Shown: in pieces, positions 1-13,950 of the stretch | Position numbering within the stretch: position 1 is the first letter of the stretch | How the letters are laid out: the number at the start of each line of letters is the position of its first letter | From: Octopus vulgaris | Taxonomy: Eukaryota | DNA length: 64,000 nt | Assembly (NCBI GenBank): GCA_951406725.2 | Contig: OX597821.1 | Coordinates: 41,044,001-41,108,000 of the forward strand | Reading direction: 5' to 3' | Notes under the pieces: generated by a model | Told to the model about the DNA's origin: nothing | Database searches by the model: none | Seen by the model: the letters and a program-made list of their open reading frames with translations, nothing else | Made by a program: the position numbers and the translations under genes

Positions 1-920
1 AAAATGTTGCTGAATAATTCTGATTAAGTTGTAAGTAAACATTTTCTAGTTTTATGATCAATCCTATTTCTGGATAAGTTTGTTATTGTACAGAATTGGA
101 AATGTCTCACATCAAACCCCATAACAGACCCTAACACTCCACAACTCCCTCACTTGTTGATTTCTGTCCACTTATTGATCTGGGGCTGACCTTCTCTGCT
201 CCCTTAATTACAAAGTTTTTTTTATTGAATTAAGAAAGTTTGTGTCAGTTACTTGTAGTTCCCCACACCCCAGCAATCTTCGTAGTCAATGGGATTATGT
301 TGCTTGGAGCCCAATATGTAACACTGACCCTGTTGAGAACTTTGAAGCTATTTGTAGAACAACAGCAACATTGTGTCAGTAGATGAATGAAAGCCAAAAC
401 TTCAAACATATTGAAATTGGAAATACAACAATGTATAACATCTTTCCCAAATCTTCCAGCCTATATCAAAGCCATGCTGTCATACCCTTCTGTCTTGTTC
501 CTCAAACTATACAAGTCTCTGCTCCTTGCAGACAGCTGCAGTTGTTTCTTTTCCTCTCTCATTCTTTTCTTTGTTTTAGCCATAATGACGAAGGCCTTGT
601 TGGAGCCCTGGTTGATTCCATCAGTTACACCCTTTACATATCAATGGTGGTCAAATAAAGTTTGTTCATTCAGTCATTTGTTTTACATTTGTTTTTTCAT
701 GCCAGCATGAGTTAGGAGAATATATTATTGGAGCATTGTTTTACAGCCAGGGGCTATGCTTATTGTTAACCCTTGCCTGGTTTTTCAAGAAATGGCTCTC
801 TTTGTATGTCTTTGATGACATAAAGCAAACAAATGATTTATTGGCAGAAATGTCACCACTTGTATATTTGTAGAATGTGAATTTTTATTAAGCAAAGAGA
901 CAGGCATGTGCACACACACA

Positions 921-970
<50 letters not shown>

Positions 971-2486
971 TACACACACACACACACACAACACACATAA
1001 ATACTCTCTCACACATTCACACACACTCTCTCTCATACATACACACACAGATGCATACAAAGATATGAGCAGATGATGGGCTTCTTTCTGTTTCCACTAT
1101 CCACTTCCACTCAGCAAGTCAGCCTGAGATAATCCCAGTAGAAGACAGTTACCCAAAATGGTACACACATTGTAAGCACCAAAGCTCATCCATGCACCTA
1201 TATTTCAATTCTGATTTATTTTCAGCTTTGTCATTAACATCCTAAAGATTGCATGAACATCACAACTTCTGTTTTTCTCTGTATTTAAAAACCAGGGCAA
1301 ATAAAGACAGGATGCTGCCACGGTTAAAATTCTACATAATCTTAGTCCATGGTTTCACTTACATTTTCATATTTTTTATTTTATTTTTTGTCTTTATTTA
1401 TTTGCCACTGATTCTGTATAGTTCAGTTCCTGATATAGTGTGCTTGTCTTTTATTCACTCAGGTGGTTTAGTAAACATCAATCCACCATGTACCATAATC
1501 AATTCAATCAACTCTAAATTCTTCAATATAAATTTATGGCTTTGTGCCAATGTGAGAAATCATTATTTCCAAACTTCAATTTTAATCAACAATCTTAACA
1601 CATTTTAAAAGTTGTGTGTAAAATGTTAGGTTTGACTTGGAAATTCTTCCAGACAAGACAAAGATGCTGACAATTTATCTATCTTTATAATGGAATGGTC
1701 AGTTCTGATATTTCTCACAATACATTATCTACATTATATATTTTAGCTTTAAGTGAAAATATCATTCAGATTTTATATTCCTATGAAATAAATCATATAC
1801 ATATATATATATATATACATATCTACAACAACATAATAAATACAGGCATACGTATCAGATGAGATTATTAGATATACGATTACTACAACATAAATATTTA
1901 TGCATTGTGCCAGGTTAAATTATGTATCACATGGTTAGTTAAATGCATGACTATAAAGTAGATGATTTACAAATTCTATGAATTTTTCAGAATTTTTAAT
2001 ACTTTGGTGTTATTTCCATTTGAAAGTTGATTCACTAATTCTATGAATTTTTCGGAATTTTGAACACGTTGGTGTTGTTCTATTTGAGAAAAATGAACGT
2101 GAAGAAAATTTATGAATTATGTGAACACCCCTAAATGAAAGTGTTGTATATTCCGAGTGTGAGACCTTTAGTTTGTTTCTAAACATTAGGTAGACTGTGC
2201 CAATAATTTGATGTGTCAACACCACATAGATACATGTAGGGACCTGGAGAAATATTATTCGGGGGTGGATGCTGGTGATGATGATAATGATACTGGGTGT
2301 ATTGGCGGTGGTGGTAGTACTGGTGTGTGTTAATAGGGTGCTGTTGTAGTATTGGTGGTGGTAGTTGATATCTTAAGATTTGATACATGTCTACAGCAAA
2401 CGAGTGAAACATACCATTTTACAGGCTGTGAGAGTTTCATTGGTGTCAGTCATGCTTAGAGAGGTAATAATATTAACCATTGCATT

Positions 2487-2685
2487 AAAGGCGGCAAGCT
2501 GGCAGAAACGTTAGCATACCGGGTGAAATGCTTAGCAGTATTTCGTCTGTCTTTACATTCTGAGTTCAAATTCTGCCAAGGTCGACTATATCTTTCATCC
2601 TTTCGGGCTTGATAGATTAAGTACCAGTTGTGTACTGGGGTCAAACTAATTGACTTGCTCCCTCCTCAAAAATTTCGGGGAAAAG
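2487..2685 (+). mobile_element. tRNA-derived SINE with Nin/Deu-like central domain
   Basis: Pol III A-box-like TGGCAGAAACGTTAG and B-box GAGTTCAAATTC; central CTTTCATCCTTTCGGG...AAGTACCAGTT motif. Flanked by an 18-bp TSD, AATATTAACCATTGCATT (2469-2486) / AATATTAACTGTTGCATT (2686-2703). Many other copies in the window. Confidence 0.85.
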
Positions 2686-2912
2686 AATATTAACTGTTGC
2701 ATTGTATATAACACCGGCCTTGCTCCAGTTTTTGCTGTGTTTGTTGGAGTTGTAGTAAAAGTAAGGACCAGGCAGTGTAGCAGCAGGTTGCTGTATATCC
2801 AGCAGTTGTTTGTGATTCCCTACAAATCCTGGTGGATGACATCTTTGCACCACTCAGGCAACAACCCTCCAACCCATTGGTCTGCTTGGATAGTTGTTCC
2901 TGGCGAGGGTTT

Positions 2913-3530
2913 TATAATAATAATATTAATAATGAAATTATTGTATACAGTGCTCAGTTGCACCACAACTTGTCAAAAGTGCATATAAAGAATATGCATT
3001 TATGTACAAATGTCTGGAAAGTGAACAGTGTAAGAGTCAGATACATGCTTGCGTATGTATGGAGGGGATAAAATCAGGTGTAGTGTTGGTGAATCTCAGG
3101 AAGCATGGAAGTTTTGAAGGATGCAGTGCTCTGACAACTAACAACTGATGCTGGCAGTTTGTTCCATGCTTCAGCAACTCATAGCATGAAAAAATGTTTC
3201 CGAAAGTCATGGGAGCTGTGCTGTTTTCTGACTTTGTAAACATGTCCATGAGTGTTAGACAGGTGGAGTTTGAAAAGGTGCTCAGAGTTATTGTTTGTAA
3301 GATGGTTAATAATTTTATGAGTGTCTGCCAAGTCAGCTGCCAGACGTCGGAGTTTCAATGTATCCATGCCCAGGGAAGTAAGGCATTCAGAATATGGCAA
3401 ATGCCTGATGGAGGGTATTCTCTTGGTTGCACATCACTGAACAGCTTCCAGACGATTAATATCCTGGGCAAGATAGGGGTTCCAGACCGGTGATGCAAGT
3501 TCCAGGTGAGGTTGCACGATAGCACCATAG
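2913..3530 (-). mobile_element. CR1-clade LINE, 5'-truncated 3' end (ORF2 C-terminus, 3'UTR, (ATT)n tail)
   Basis: Minus-strand translation AIVQPHLELASPVWNPYLAQDINRLEAVQ*CATKRI...LRRLAADL...HFFML*VAEAWNKLPASVV is a typical CR1 RT C-terminus with in-frame stops. Confidence 0.85.
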
Positions 3531-3634
3531 CTATATATGAGGTCAGAGTTCAAATCATACTCAATCTCTTTTAGTCCCTTTTTAGGACACCCAGAGGAAA
3601 CGATGAATCCATTCATGCCAGTCCCCACACAGCA

Positions 3635-3672
<38 letters not shown>

Positions 3673-3696
3673 GATAGAGCATTGGTCAAAGGTATT

Positions 3697-4062
3697 AGGT
3701 GCAGGAGTGGCTGTGTGGTAAGTAGCTTGCTTCTCAACCACATGGCTCGAGGTTCAGTCCCACTGCATGGCAACTTGGGCCAAGCAAAGCCTTGTGAGTG
3801 GATTTGGTAGACAGAAACTGAAAGAAGCCCATCACATATGTGGGTACGTGTGTGTGTGTGTGTGCTTGTCCCCCCCCCACATCACTTGACAACCGATGTT
3901 GGTGTGTTTACATCCCTGTAACTTAGCGGTTCGGAAAAAAGAGACTGATAAAATAAGTACTAGGTTTACGAAGAATAAGTCCTGGGTTCGATTTACTCGG
4001 CCATAAGCAGTGCTCCAGCATGGTCACAGTCAAATAACTGAAACAAATAAAAGAATAAAAGA
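3697..4062 (+). mobile_element. tRNA-derived CORE-like SINE (head, (TG)n, tail)
   Basis: A-box TGGCTGTGTGGTAAG, B-box GGTTCAGTCCC, CORE-like TGGCAACTTGGGC, internal (TG)n and a tail ending in TAAAAGA repeats. Homologous to 41170-41600. Confidence 0.8.
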
Positions 4063-4807
4063 GTAGGAGTTGCCCTTGGAGCTGATTCCAAGACCTATGA
4101 ATGTTTAATCCCAAACCATTTCTTTTCCATTTCTCTGCTTACACAGCATTTATAAGGAGATTATAACTCCTAAAAATTATTCTGCCAGACAATGGCACTT
4201 GGCTCTCTGCTTCCAGGAACTATTTTTCCATATAATTACGGATTTCATTTTCTTATTAGCTTTTATATCCATTAAATCAATGATTTACAATTTACTTCGA
4301 GAGGCTTTCTACTTATTTCAGCCAGTGTGTTGTGTAACTATAGCAACAGCTGATGATAAATAGTGGAGAAGGAAGAATTTAGATATCACAAGTGTAAGCA
4401 GCAGAGTCCATAACACCTAGCTTATGAGATAAAATTTGTCTCATATAGCTGGATTCAATATAATTTAATTTATTTAATTGAAATTCGTATATTGAAATTC
4501 TATATTACATGATTTAATTCTATTTACTGAGATTATATGGTAAATTTCCAAACACAATATTAGGATGCCAAAATAGGGAAATATTATGAAGATGATTAAA
4601 AATATTGTAAAATACAAACACAATTTAAAACTAATTAAAGACTTTCAAAATATAACTAAAAACAGTAATGATTCTAAAGATATTAACCCACAACACATGA
4701 ATTCTTGTGGTTAAATTACCTAGTTTAGCATATACAATTATCAGCAATAAAATTTAACTTATTGACATTTTCTATTTTTCAAATGTAGTCACAAATATTT
4801 TACCATG

Positions 4808-4877
<70 letters not shown>

Positions 4878-5159
4878 TTCTGTAGTTCTATTAAGACAAA
4901 ATGAATTTCTTGTTAACATAAATTCAAATTTTTTTCTAAAATTAGTTCAGAAATTTTGATACTTAAGATTATTCATGGAATTCAGTTTTTACTTCTTTAG
5001 AACAATAATGGTAAATGGTTGATGATGATGATGATGATGATGATGAGGATGATGATGATGATGAATATAATGAGGATGGCGATGATGATGACAATGATGA
5101 TTGTGAAGATTATGAAATTAATAATGATAATGAGGATAACATTGATAATAATGGTGGTT

Positions 5160-5600
5160 ATAATAATAATAATAATATAATGATAATGAAATTATTGTAT
5201 ACAGAGCTCAGGTGCACCACAACTTGTCAGAAAGTGCATATAAAGTGTATGCAGTAATGTACAAATGTCTGGAAAGCAAACAATGTATGAGTCAGATACA
5301 TGCTTGTGTGTGTATGGAGGGGAGAAAATCAGGTGTAGTGTTGGCGAATCTCAGGAAGCATGGAAGTTTTGAAGGATGCAGTGCTCTGACAACTAACAAC
5401 TGATGCGGGCAGTTTGTTCCATGCTTCAGCAACTCTCAGCGTGAAAAAATGTTTCCTAAAGTCATGGGAGCTGTGCTGTTTTCTGACTTTGTAAATATGC
5501 CCACGGAAGTTAGACGGGTGGAGTTTGAAAAGGTGCTCAGAGTTATTGTTTATAAGATGGTTAATAATTTTATGGGTCAGCTACCAGACGTCGGAGTTTC
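5160..5600 (-). mobile_element. CR1-clade LINE 3' fragment, second copy
   Basis: Highly similar to about 2925-3358, with a short internal deletion. Embedded in (GAT)/(AAT) repeats. Confidence 0.85.
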
Positions 5601-5685
5601 AATAATAATGGCAATGATGATAATGAGGACAATGATGATAGTGACACTGATGATAATGATGATGATGATAGTGACAATAATGATA

Positions 5686-5729
<44 letters not shown>

Positions 5730-5779
5730 GGAGAGGTGGAGGACAGATTATTGTTATCTTTCTCTCTTTCTCCCATTAG

Positions 5780-5910
5780 CTTCAAAGGTCCTGGTTAGAT
5801 ACAGCTCACATTTTTCAAACGTTCTGGCCATGAGACAACACTCTTCTTCATAGGTTCTGACCATGATACAACATTCCTTTTTCAGAAGTTCTGACCATGA
5901 TACTCTTTTT
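5780..5910. repeat. Degenerate minisatellite, about 32-33 bp, about 4 units
   Basis: Recurring TTCA.AGGTTCTGACCATGATACAAC-like units. Confidence 0.7.
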
Positions 5911-6414
5911 CCTCTTAGAAAAACTTCAATACAGGATTTTGCTTAGAGAGAAAATTAATTGGAATGTATGTTTGTGTGTGTGTGCATGTGTGTGTGAGTG
6001 TTTGCGTACGTGCATGTGTGTGTTCAATGAATGGTTTTTCAATATGTTAGCCACAATGCAGAATTTTATATAAATGCTAATTTGATATGTCCTTAACGAT
6101 TTGCATGTGACATAGCTGTCTGCTTACTGTGTGGAATGAAACTGATAAACACCATATTTGTGTATCCTGACATGTGCATGGAGTCATCAGACTTAGAGGT
6201 TTCAGTTTCATCTGTAGAGGGACCACGGGGTATCTAGGAATACATTATTCAATGTGCACACCCTTTTCTCAAGATGGCAAATATGATTCGAGAGAAGTTT
6301 GGTCGCTTTTTCTAGCAAGTTATATAACCACATAGAAGCATAATGTATGAACCAACACCATATTATAAGAAAACTATAAATGTCTGAGATGAATTGATGT
6401 TATTGATAAAACTT

Positions 6415-6440
6415 GTGTGTGTGTGTACACACATATATAT

Positions 6441-6504
<64 letters not shown>

Positions 6505-6529
6505 GCATGTGTGTATACATATATATATA

Positions 6530-6620
<91 letters not shown>

Positions 6621-6962
6621 TGTACATATACATATAAATATATATATATATAATATATATATATGCATATATACATATATTTATGTATATATACATATAT
6701 ATATATATGTATATATATATATATGTATGTGTGTATACATATATATATATATATATTTATATATATATGTATGTATAAGTATGTGTGTAAATATATATAT
6801 ATATATACACACACATACATACATATATAAACATATATATGTGTATATGCATATATGTATATATATATATATATGTATGTATATATATATCTATATATAT
6901 AAATATATAAATATATATGTGTATATATATATCTATGTATATATGTATATATATATATATAT
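6415..6962. repeat. Compound (TA)n/(CATA)n microsatellite
   Basis: Directly visible; source of the YIYI-type ORFs. Confidence 0.97.
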
Positions 6963-7688
6963 GTTGGAATATTAACTTCATGAAAAATTATTCAATATTT
7001 TTGCAATTCTTGGTTTAATGCCACCCAATACAAAGAGTCATGCAAAAAAAGTTATTGAATGGCTTGGTTCCAGTCATCATCAGAGGTCTTCATATTCCTG
7101 GATGTACATAGCATCAGACACAATTTGACGAAGGAATTTTTACTTCTAAACTTTATTTATTAATTTTTTTATTTGCTTTGAGGGGGGAACCAAAAGTTAT
7201 AATAGTCTTCCTGAGAACAAAATGTTTATTAATTTTTGGTGCTTTTGTTGTTGTGACTTTACCATCTTGTGTTATGTTGTTGAAAAATGGTTATTTATAC
7301 AGAAGATGGATGCAGAGAATGGTTAGAAAAAGATGGATACAGAGAATGGTTACAAAAAAATTGATGCATTGACATAAAACTGAGAAATTGCCTTAAAATA
7401 TAAGTTTGAAAAATTGAAAAAAGAACTAATGTTATCTTTAGTTGTTTTATCCACATAGACTTTGATCTTTGGTGTGTGATGTCAAAAATAATAGTTCTTT
7501 CTATGAGCAGAATGAAGAGAATAGTTCTTTCTGGCAGTTAAAATTGTTATGTTGGCGTAATGTCTGAATGCTTTTTTATGTATTTAATCCTTTATTATTC
7601 TTTTTTATTTTCATATGGTGTCTGGTGATATTCTTAAGTTAGTTACTTATAAAGTCAATGATAAGAATCTTATATTCTCACCATTCCA

Positions 7689-8290
7689 TTAACCCTTTTG
7701 ATACTAGCAAACCTGAGAAAACCTTTGGTTTTATGTTCCTTCTTGAGTCATGCCAGGCTTGTAAGGGTAATTTCCCAGTTTCAGTGGCATAGAAATTCCC
7801 CACCTGGATGGGATGCCAGTCCATCGCAGGATTACTCATTTTTGCCAGCTGAGTGGACTGGAGCAACATGAAAATGAAGTGTTTTGCTCAAGAACACAAT
7901 GCATCGCCCGGTTCAGGAATCGAAACCACAACCTTACGATCATGAGTTCAACACCCTAACTACTAAGCCACATGCCTCCACATTTGGTTTTATGACACAA
8001 ACCTGTTTTAAAATGATCTGAATTAAAATTTTCCATCAAAATTGATAATAAAAAAATTATTTTATTAAATTCTTCCTTACTTTCAAAATTAATTGAATTA
8101 AGGCAGAGCAGCATATTTCACCAAAAATGTATCAACAAATAGTTTAAAATGATCGAATTTAAAACTTTCCATCAAAATTTCATGTTAATTAATGTTCCAA
8201 ACACCATCTTCATAGTGAAAGGGTTGTTTTATCAAATTCTTCATTATTTTCAAAATCAATTGAAACAGAGCAGTATGTATCGACATAAAT
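7689..8290. mobile_element. Degenerate piggyBac-type MITE interrupted by a SINE
   Basis: Starts TTAACCCTTTTGATAC like the copy at 37258. Internal segments resemble that family and are locally duplicated. No right terminus found. Confidence 0.5.
7736..7982 (-). mobile_element. tRNA-derived SINE with V-domain-like segment
   Basis: Minus strand: A-box TGGCTTAGTAGTTAGG, B-box GGTTTCGATTCC, then CCTGCGATGGACTGGCATCCCATCCAGG. Exact 12-bp TSD TTTGGTTTTATG at 7724-7735 and 7983-7994. Confidence 0.8.
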
Positions 8291-8419
8291 CTAGGACACC
8301 TAGATTTATTGTAACTCTGTGGGGCTTGGTTGTGTTTGGTCATGCATAGTGAGAGTCTGTGAGAATACTGTTACTTAGGAATGTGTCACCATTGAATGAA
8401 AACATGTTATTAGTATTTC

Positions 8420-8653
8420 TATTTCTTTACTACCCACAAGGGGCAAAACACAGAGGGGACAAACAAGGACAGACAAACAGATTAAGTCGATTACATTAAC
8501 CCCAGTGCATAACTGGTATTTAATTTATCGACCCCGAAAGGATGAAAGGCAAAGTCGACCTCGTCGGAATTTGAACTCAAAACGTAACAGCAAATGAAAT
8601 ATGGCTATGCATTTCACCCGGCGTGCTAACGTTTCTGCCAGCTCGCCACCTTT
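8420..8653 (-). mobile_element. Nin/Deu-like SINE, full length
   Basis: Complete head, core and tail. 20-bp TSD AAACAT(G/A)TTATTAGTATTTC at 8400-8419 and 8654-8673. Confidence 0.9.
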
Positions 8654-11600
8654 AAACATATTATTAGTATTTCCCATTGGGGTACTGTCCAAATTTGGCA
8701 TGTGCTGTCATGTTGCTTATGGATGACAACTATATTCAGAAAGTTAAGGGGTGGTGGCATTGTTTTTAATGTCAACCCTCTTCAACCTGGGCACATGTGT
8801 CTAACCTTACCCTTCCCGTGGGCTCCTGAGCAGAAAATAAATAGTTGCATATACAGCTCAAGAGTAATAATTGCAGGTAAACTAATGGACAGAATCACAA
8901 AAAAATTTGGGAGAATAACAATAATGGCCCCTATCTCTCAACTACTATTTTTGTTCACCCAAGTCACTACTTTCCTTATCACTTTCATCAGTTTGATTGA
9001 CAGGGATCATACTCCCTGTCAGCATAAGGGTAAATTCTTCATCCAAAGAATCAATAATTTCCTCAACTGCAAAGAGTTTAGGCTTTGCTCATTTACCAGA
9101 CGAGGTGTTGGGTTAATCACATACTTATTTCATCACAAATTCCATTTTGTATTTCAATTAAAAACAAAAGTAAACAACATCTGTGTGGGACATCATTAAC
9201 AATGAGTCATAATCCCACGTGACTACAAAGTTGCAACATGATTGGTTGTCTGTTTTTTTTTTTGTATTTCATCTTCTTTTCCTGTGTGCGTGTTGTTCAT
9301 TACTTCTTTAATGGGAATCCAGTAGAGATTATGTTTAGGCTATTCCTGCAACACCAGGAACAAGAGGCATGATAGGGCTCAGGATTAGAAATAACAGCAA
9401 ATAGATAATTACTGTATCAAAGATAGAGTGTGGGAAAGCATAATTAAACTTCGAGGTACACCAAGATGATAAAAAATATTGGTTGATGGAAAATGCATCA
9501 TTCTGATAAATTGGTATTAAAGGGAGCACCCAATCTATGAGACGAGAGAGAAACTGATTATATAGATTTGCAATAGAGCAATGAGATTCCCAGGTTCAAC
9601 GTGGGCAGAGGCCTTGCCTATGTTAACATGCAATTTTAGGTACAAAGGATAGAGAGTAGTGATAACTCTGAAAACGGACCTGTCTTATGCTATGTAAACA
9701 CTAACTTTCTAATGGCACACGTTAAGTGAATATATGGTTTATTTGACCAAGAATTATATGCTGTACTATATTCAAGGCCAACCATTGAATATATTCTAAA
9801 TAAATATCTGCAATGTACTTCTAGAATATCATAATCTTCCTCAAAGTCGGCCACACAGTCATTATTGTACCAATGACATTGTTGGCAACAATCTAGAAAT
9901 CTATTGGCCGGAAAATCATTTATCTCTGTGTCACTATGTCTCTTCTGTTAAATTATAATGGAAGTCCATATCTTCAATTGATCATATTCATGCAGCTACA
10001 CTTCTCTTTCTGCTATGATAATAACAATCAATTGTTATGACTTAAAGATAAAGCAGATTATGAGCTTGCTTTAAAATGTACATTCCATATAACATGACAC
10101 ATGTATTGAAATGTTCTCTTTCAGTGTTGGTCAATGCACTTATGTTTCTTAATCTATCAAACATCAACATAAACGATTACATGGTAAAATTCAAATTGAA
10201 ATCAATTGCATTTTAACCCATGCCGTCCATTGTACTTAAATTTTTATTTTTAAAAATTAGACCCTTGTTTATTAGATATTTGTTTCTATAATAATTAGTT
10301 CAATTCTATTAATTACTCTCTGAAGTAATTATTCCTTTATGCTCCCTGATTCAGTTAAAGTAACACTAACATTATTTCTTTATTCATTTTTTATTGGAGA
10401 CTTCCATGCATTTACCATTTCTTCAACATTCATAATGCAAAATAATCTTATTTCAGAAGAAACTTCATTATCAAAACTTGGTTCACCAAATCCCAGAGCT
10501 GATAAATAAGACATTTTTATTGTGTTTTTTTTTTTTTGCAAAAATAAATCATCCTTTAATGAAGCTGAAATAAAAATAACCCTTAGTCCTAATAAGAAAA
10601 TAAAATTAATTCAACTAACATTGACTCATTGTTCTGTTGTTCCTGTGGTTAATTTGGTAAATTAGATATAAATTCTCGTTGTTAAATTCCACAGATAGCA
10701 CTGTTGACAACAAGCATAAATTCCTTGATGCAATGTTTCTTGGAACAGAAATTATTCTGGGTTAATAAGCTTTGAAAACTATGTCAAGTCTCTAAGAATC
10801 TATCATAAGCTGGCTTTGAAATTATATGAATTTTCTGAAAGAAATGGAATTTATGTTTTATTTTAATATATCTGATGTTTTATTATTATATAAGAAAAAA
10901 AGCAATTAGAAAAAAATTAATATTGTCTGTTGAAAATCAGTGAGACTGAAAAAAATTCTCTAAAATTAAAAGTAAAATTTCTAATTTGATAAAATAATTT
11001 ATTGCTTGGTTTTGGACAGGATTTAATGTTTTCTATAGTCTATTTGTTAAGAGAAAGAAACTAAATAAATTATAATATTATCTTTTCTTGCAGAAACATA
11101 AAGTCAGTTTGTAGAAATTGAATAAGATGGTCTTGTCAATAATATTTTATTGAAGTAAACAATTATTTTATGAATTAGAAATTTTTATTTAATTTCCTTT
11201 TGAAAATTGTTTTAATTATAAAGAATCTGTATATAGAGAGACATTTTATTAAAATTTCATGATTAAAGTAGAAAGCCATAATTAAGATATATACCTTTTC
11301 ATAAATCATAAACATCCATTGAGGAAATACTTAATTTTGTCTTCTGTAGTCTTCAACGAATAAGAAATATTTTCACTGCTACCAATAGAATTTTAGGCTA
11401 AAGAAAGGAAAAAAAAAACTTCCCCAGAAAATCTGGAACCAATTTATTTTAAATAGGAGGATTGAGATGTATAGAATTGTTGAGGGACCCAATTAAAATT
11501 TTGCACTGATACCTAATCTCGGCCCATTGACTTTACAGCTCACTCAATCATTTTACTTCTCCTGTAAAGTATATAACAAAACAAAAAACACACAAAAACC

Positions 11601-11962
11601 CAACAGAATCCAAGGAAGGTAGAATTGATGTGCATTGACAAAGAGTTTTTTCAAGTGTGTATTTCATTCAAAAAACAGAAAGGTCTGGCATCTTGGACCA
11701 AGTCATTTGTCAGAGAGAGAAAAATTGTGCCATGGTGTTCTGAAAGTCTGGTAGAAATGACGAATTACATGATTTGCAAATGCACACAAGGAGAATAATT
11801 GGGGAGGTGAAGACAACGAAATTAGTTGGGGGAGGTGGTTGGGAGTAGAAGAAGAAAAAGACAAAAGTGGCAGAGATATTGATCAGGGTAAAGCGTTGAG
11901 CATTGGTTTGGCAGTTTGTGTGGAGCACAAGTCTAAAGATGCACAAACAATACACAAATACT

Positions 11963-11963
<1 letters not shown>

Positions 11964-12010
<47 letters not shown>

Positions 12011-12166
12011 CATATATATATATATACACTCACACACACATACATATATATATATGTATATACATGCATACATACATATATACATACATATATATATATA
12101 CATGCCTACATACATATATACATACATATATATACATATACATATATACATACATATATATACATG

Positions 12167-12200
<34 letters not shown>

Positions 12201-12251
12201 TATATACACATACATGCATACATACATATATACATACATATGTATATATAT

Positions 12252-12289
<38 letters not shown>

Positions 12290-12484
12290 TTAATAAGGGT
12301 GAGAGAATTAGATACTAATTTAATAGTATATTTATTCCACACCAAGTGGCCTAGTGCTACGAGAAACCTGGATTATTATAATATTTTATAACATATTATA
12401 ATATTTTACAAAATAAATATAAGAGAGTGGTCACTATATTGATCACTCTAGCACCAGTTAATCCAGAATGTTTCAACCACGAAA

Positions 12485-12523
<39 letters not shown>

Positions 12524-12546
12524 TACTTTCATGCATACATGCATTC

Positions 12547-12580
<34 letters not shown>

Positions 12581-12727
12581 TTATGTATACATGAATACAT
12601 ACATACATATATACATTCATGCATACATACATACATACATACATACATACATACATACATACATACATACGTACGTACATACATACATACATACATACAT
12701 ACATACATACATACATACATACATACA
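11964..12727. repeat. (TA)n/(CATA)n microsatellite cluster enclosing an unclassified repeat fragment (about 12290-12485)
   Basis: Simple repeats directly visible. Confidence 0.9.
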
Positions 12728-13516
12728 TTATGTTTAGTATTATTATTATGGCTGCCCCCTCGTTATTGAGTATAGCCATTGCATGAAGCTTCACTGTTAC
12801 TGGTGCTGTGATCAAATGTGACTTTTTAGCCCAGCTAAAGATCTACAATGTCTTGTACAAAATTGGTAACTAAAACCTTTACTGGTAATACATACATACA
12901 TACATACATACATACTTATATGAGCATTCACACTCATTTATGTATTTTCGTTCAGATGATGGCATTGGCAACCACGATTACTTCCAAATTTCCGAATCAT
13001 CTGAAGGGTTTATGGCTGGAGTAGGAACTGGAGGTGGGTACCAATAACCTGTAGAATTCCTAGATGTAAGAAGGAATTTGGAAGAAGATGACGAGAGGAA
13101 TGCTGCTACAATGGTTGACTTATAGATAGAGAAAGAAAGAGTTGAAGAACAATGGCAACAATATCCGAAACTGGTTGACCTGTCCAGAAGCCATAACTCT
13201 GGAGCAGTGGGGGGGGGGGGGGACTAGGAATGGTGAGGGTTAGGGGTTTGGTAAACAGTTATTGTGTTTCATTAGGAATTTTGAAATCATCAGAGTGCCA
13301 AATGAGATGGTTAAAGTATGAGAAGAAAGACAAGGAGTAAAGTAAAAAGGTTAGAATAAGAGGATTTTCGAATATAAAGAGTAAAAGAAAGGAAAACAAG
13401 AAGGAGAAAGAGAAAAAAACTATTGCATGTTGTTGGCTGGTTGATGTGTCAAAGGTCATTGCGAGAGAGCAGCAAAGTGTTAATAAAGCAGGTATGGTGA
13501 TATAATATAATATATT

Positions 13517-13533
13517 ACACACACTCACATACA

Positions 13534-13566
<33 letters not shown>

Positions 13567-13950
13567 GTATGCACACACATACACACAGACATACACACAT
13601 ACATACACATATACACATATACACATATACACACATACACACATACACATATACACACATACATACACACACATATACACACATACACACACATACATAC
13701 ACATACATACTCACACGCATACACACACATGCACATACAAGCATGCACATACACACACACATACACACATATACACATATATGCACATACATACAAACAT
13801 ATATACACACATACACATACACACACATACACACACATACACAAACACATACACACATATACATATACACACACATACACACACATACATGCATACATAC
13901 AGATACACACACATACACACATACACACATACATACACACACACATGCAT
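13517..13950. repeat. Degenerate (CA)n/(CATA)n tract
   Basis: Directly visible. Confidence 0.95.

Noticed and set aside
6363-6981. [12 protein letters not shown]-type ORFs here and at 11.8-14, 20.8-21.4, 55.3 and 61.1 kb
   Set aside because: Dinucleotide and tetranucleotide microsatellite translations.
8702-9199. 165-aa plus-strand ORF; the minus strand gives an acidic piggyBac-N-terminus-like peptide (LFAVEEIIDSLDEE)
   Set aside because: No recognisable domain, and the resemblance is only compositional.
12955-13200. Coding-like purine-rich segment after a TTCAG acceptor
   Set aside because: In-frame stops and no identifiable homology; probably a decayed repeat.
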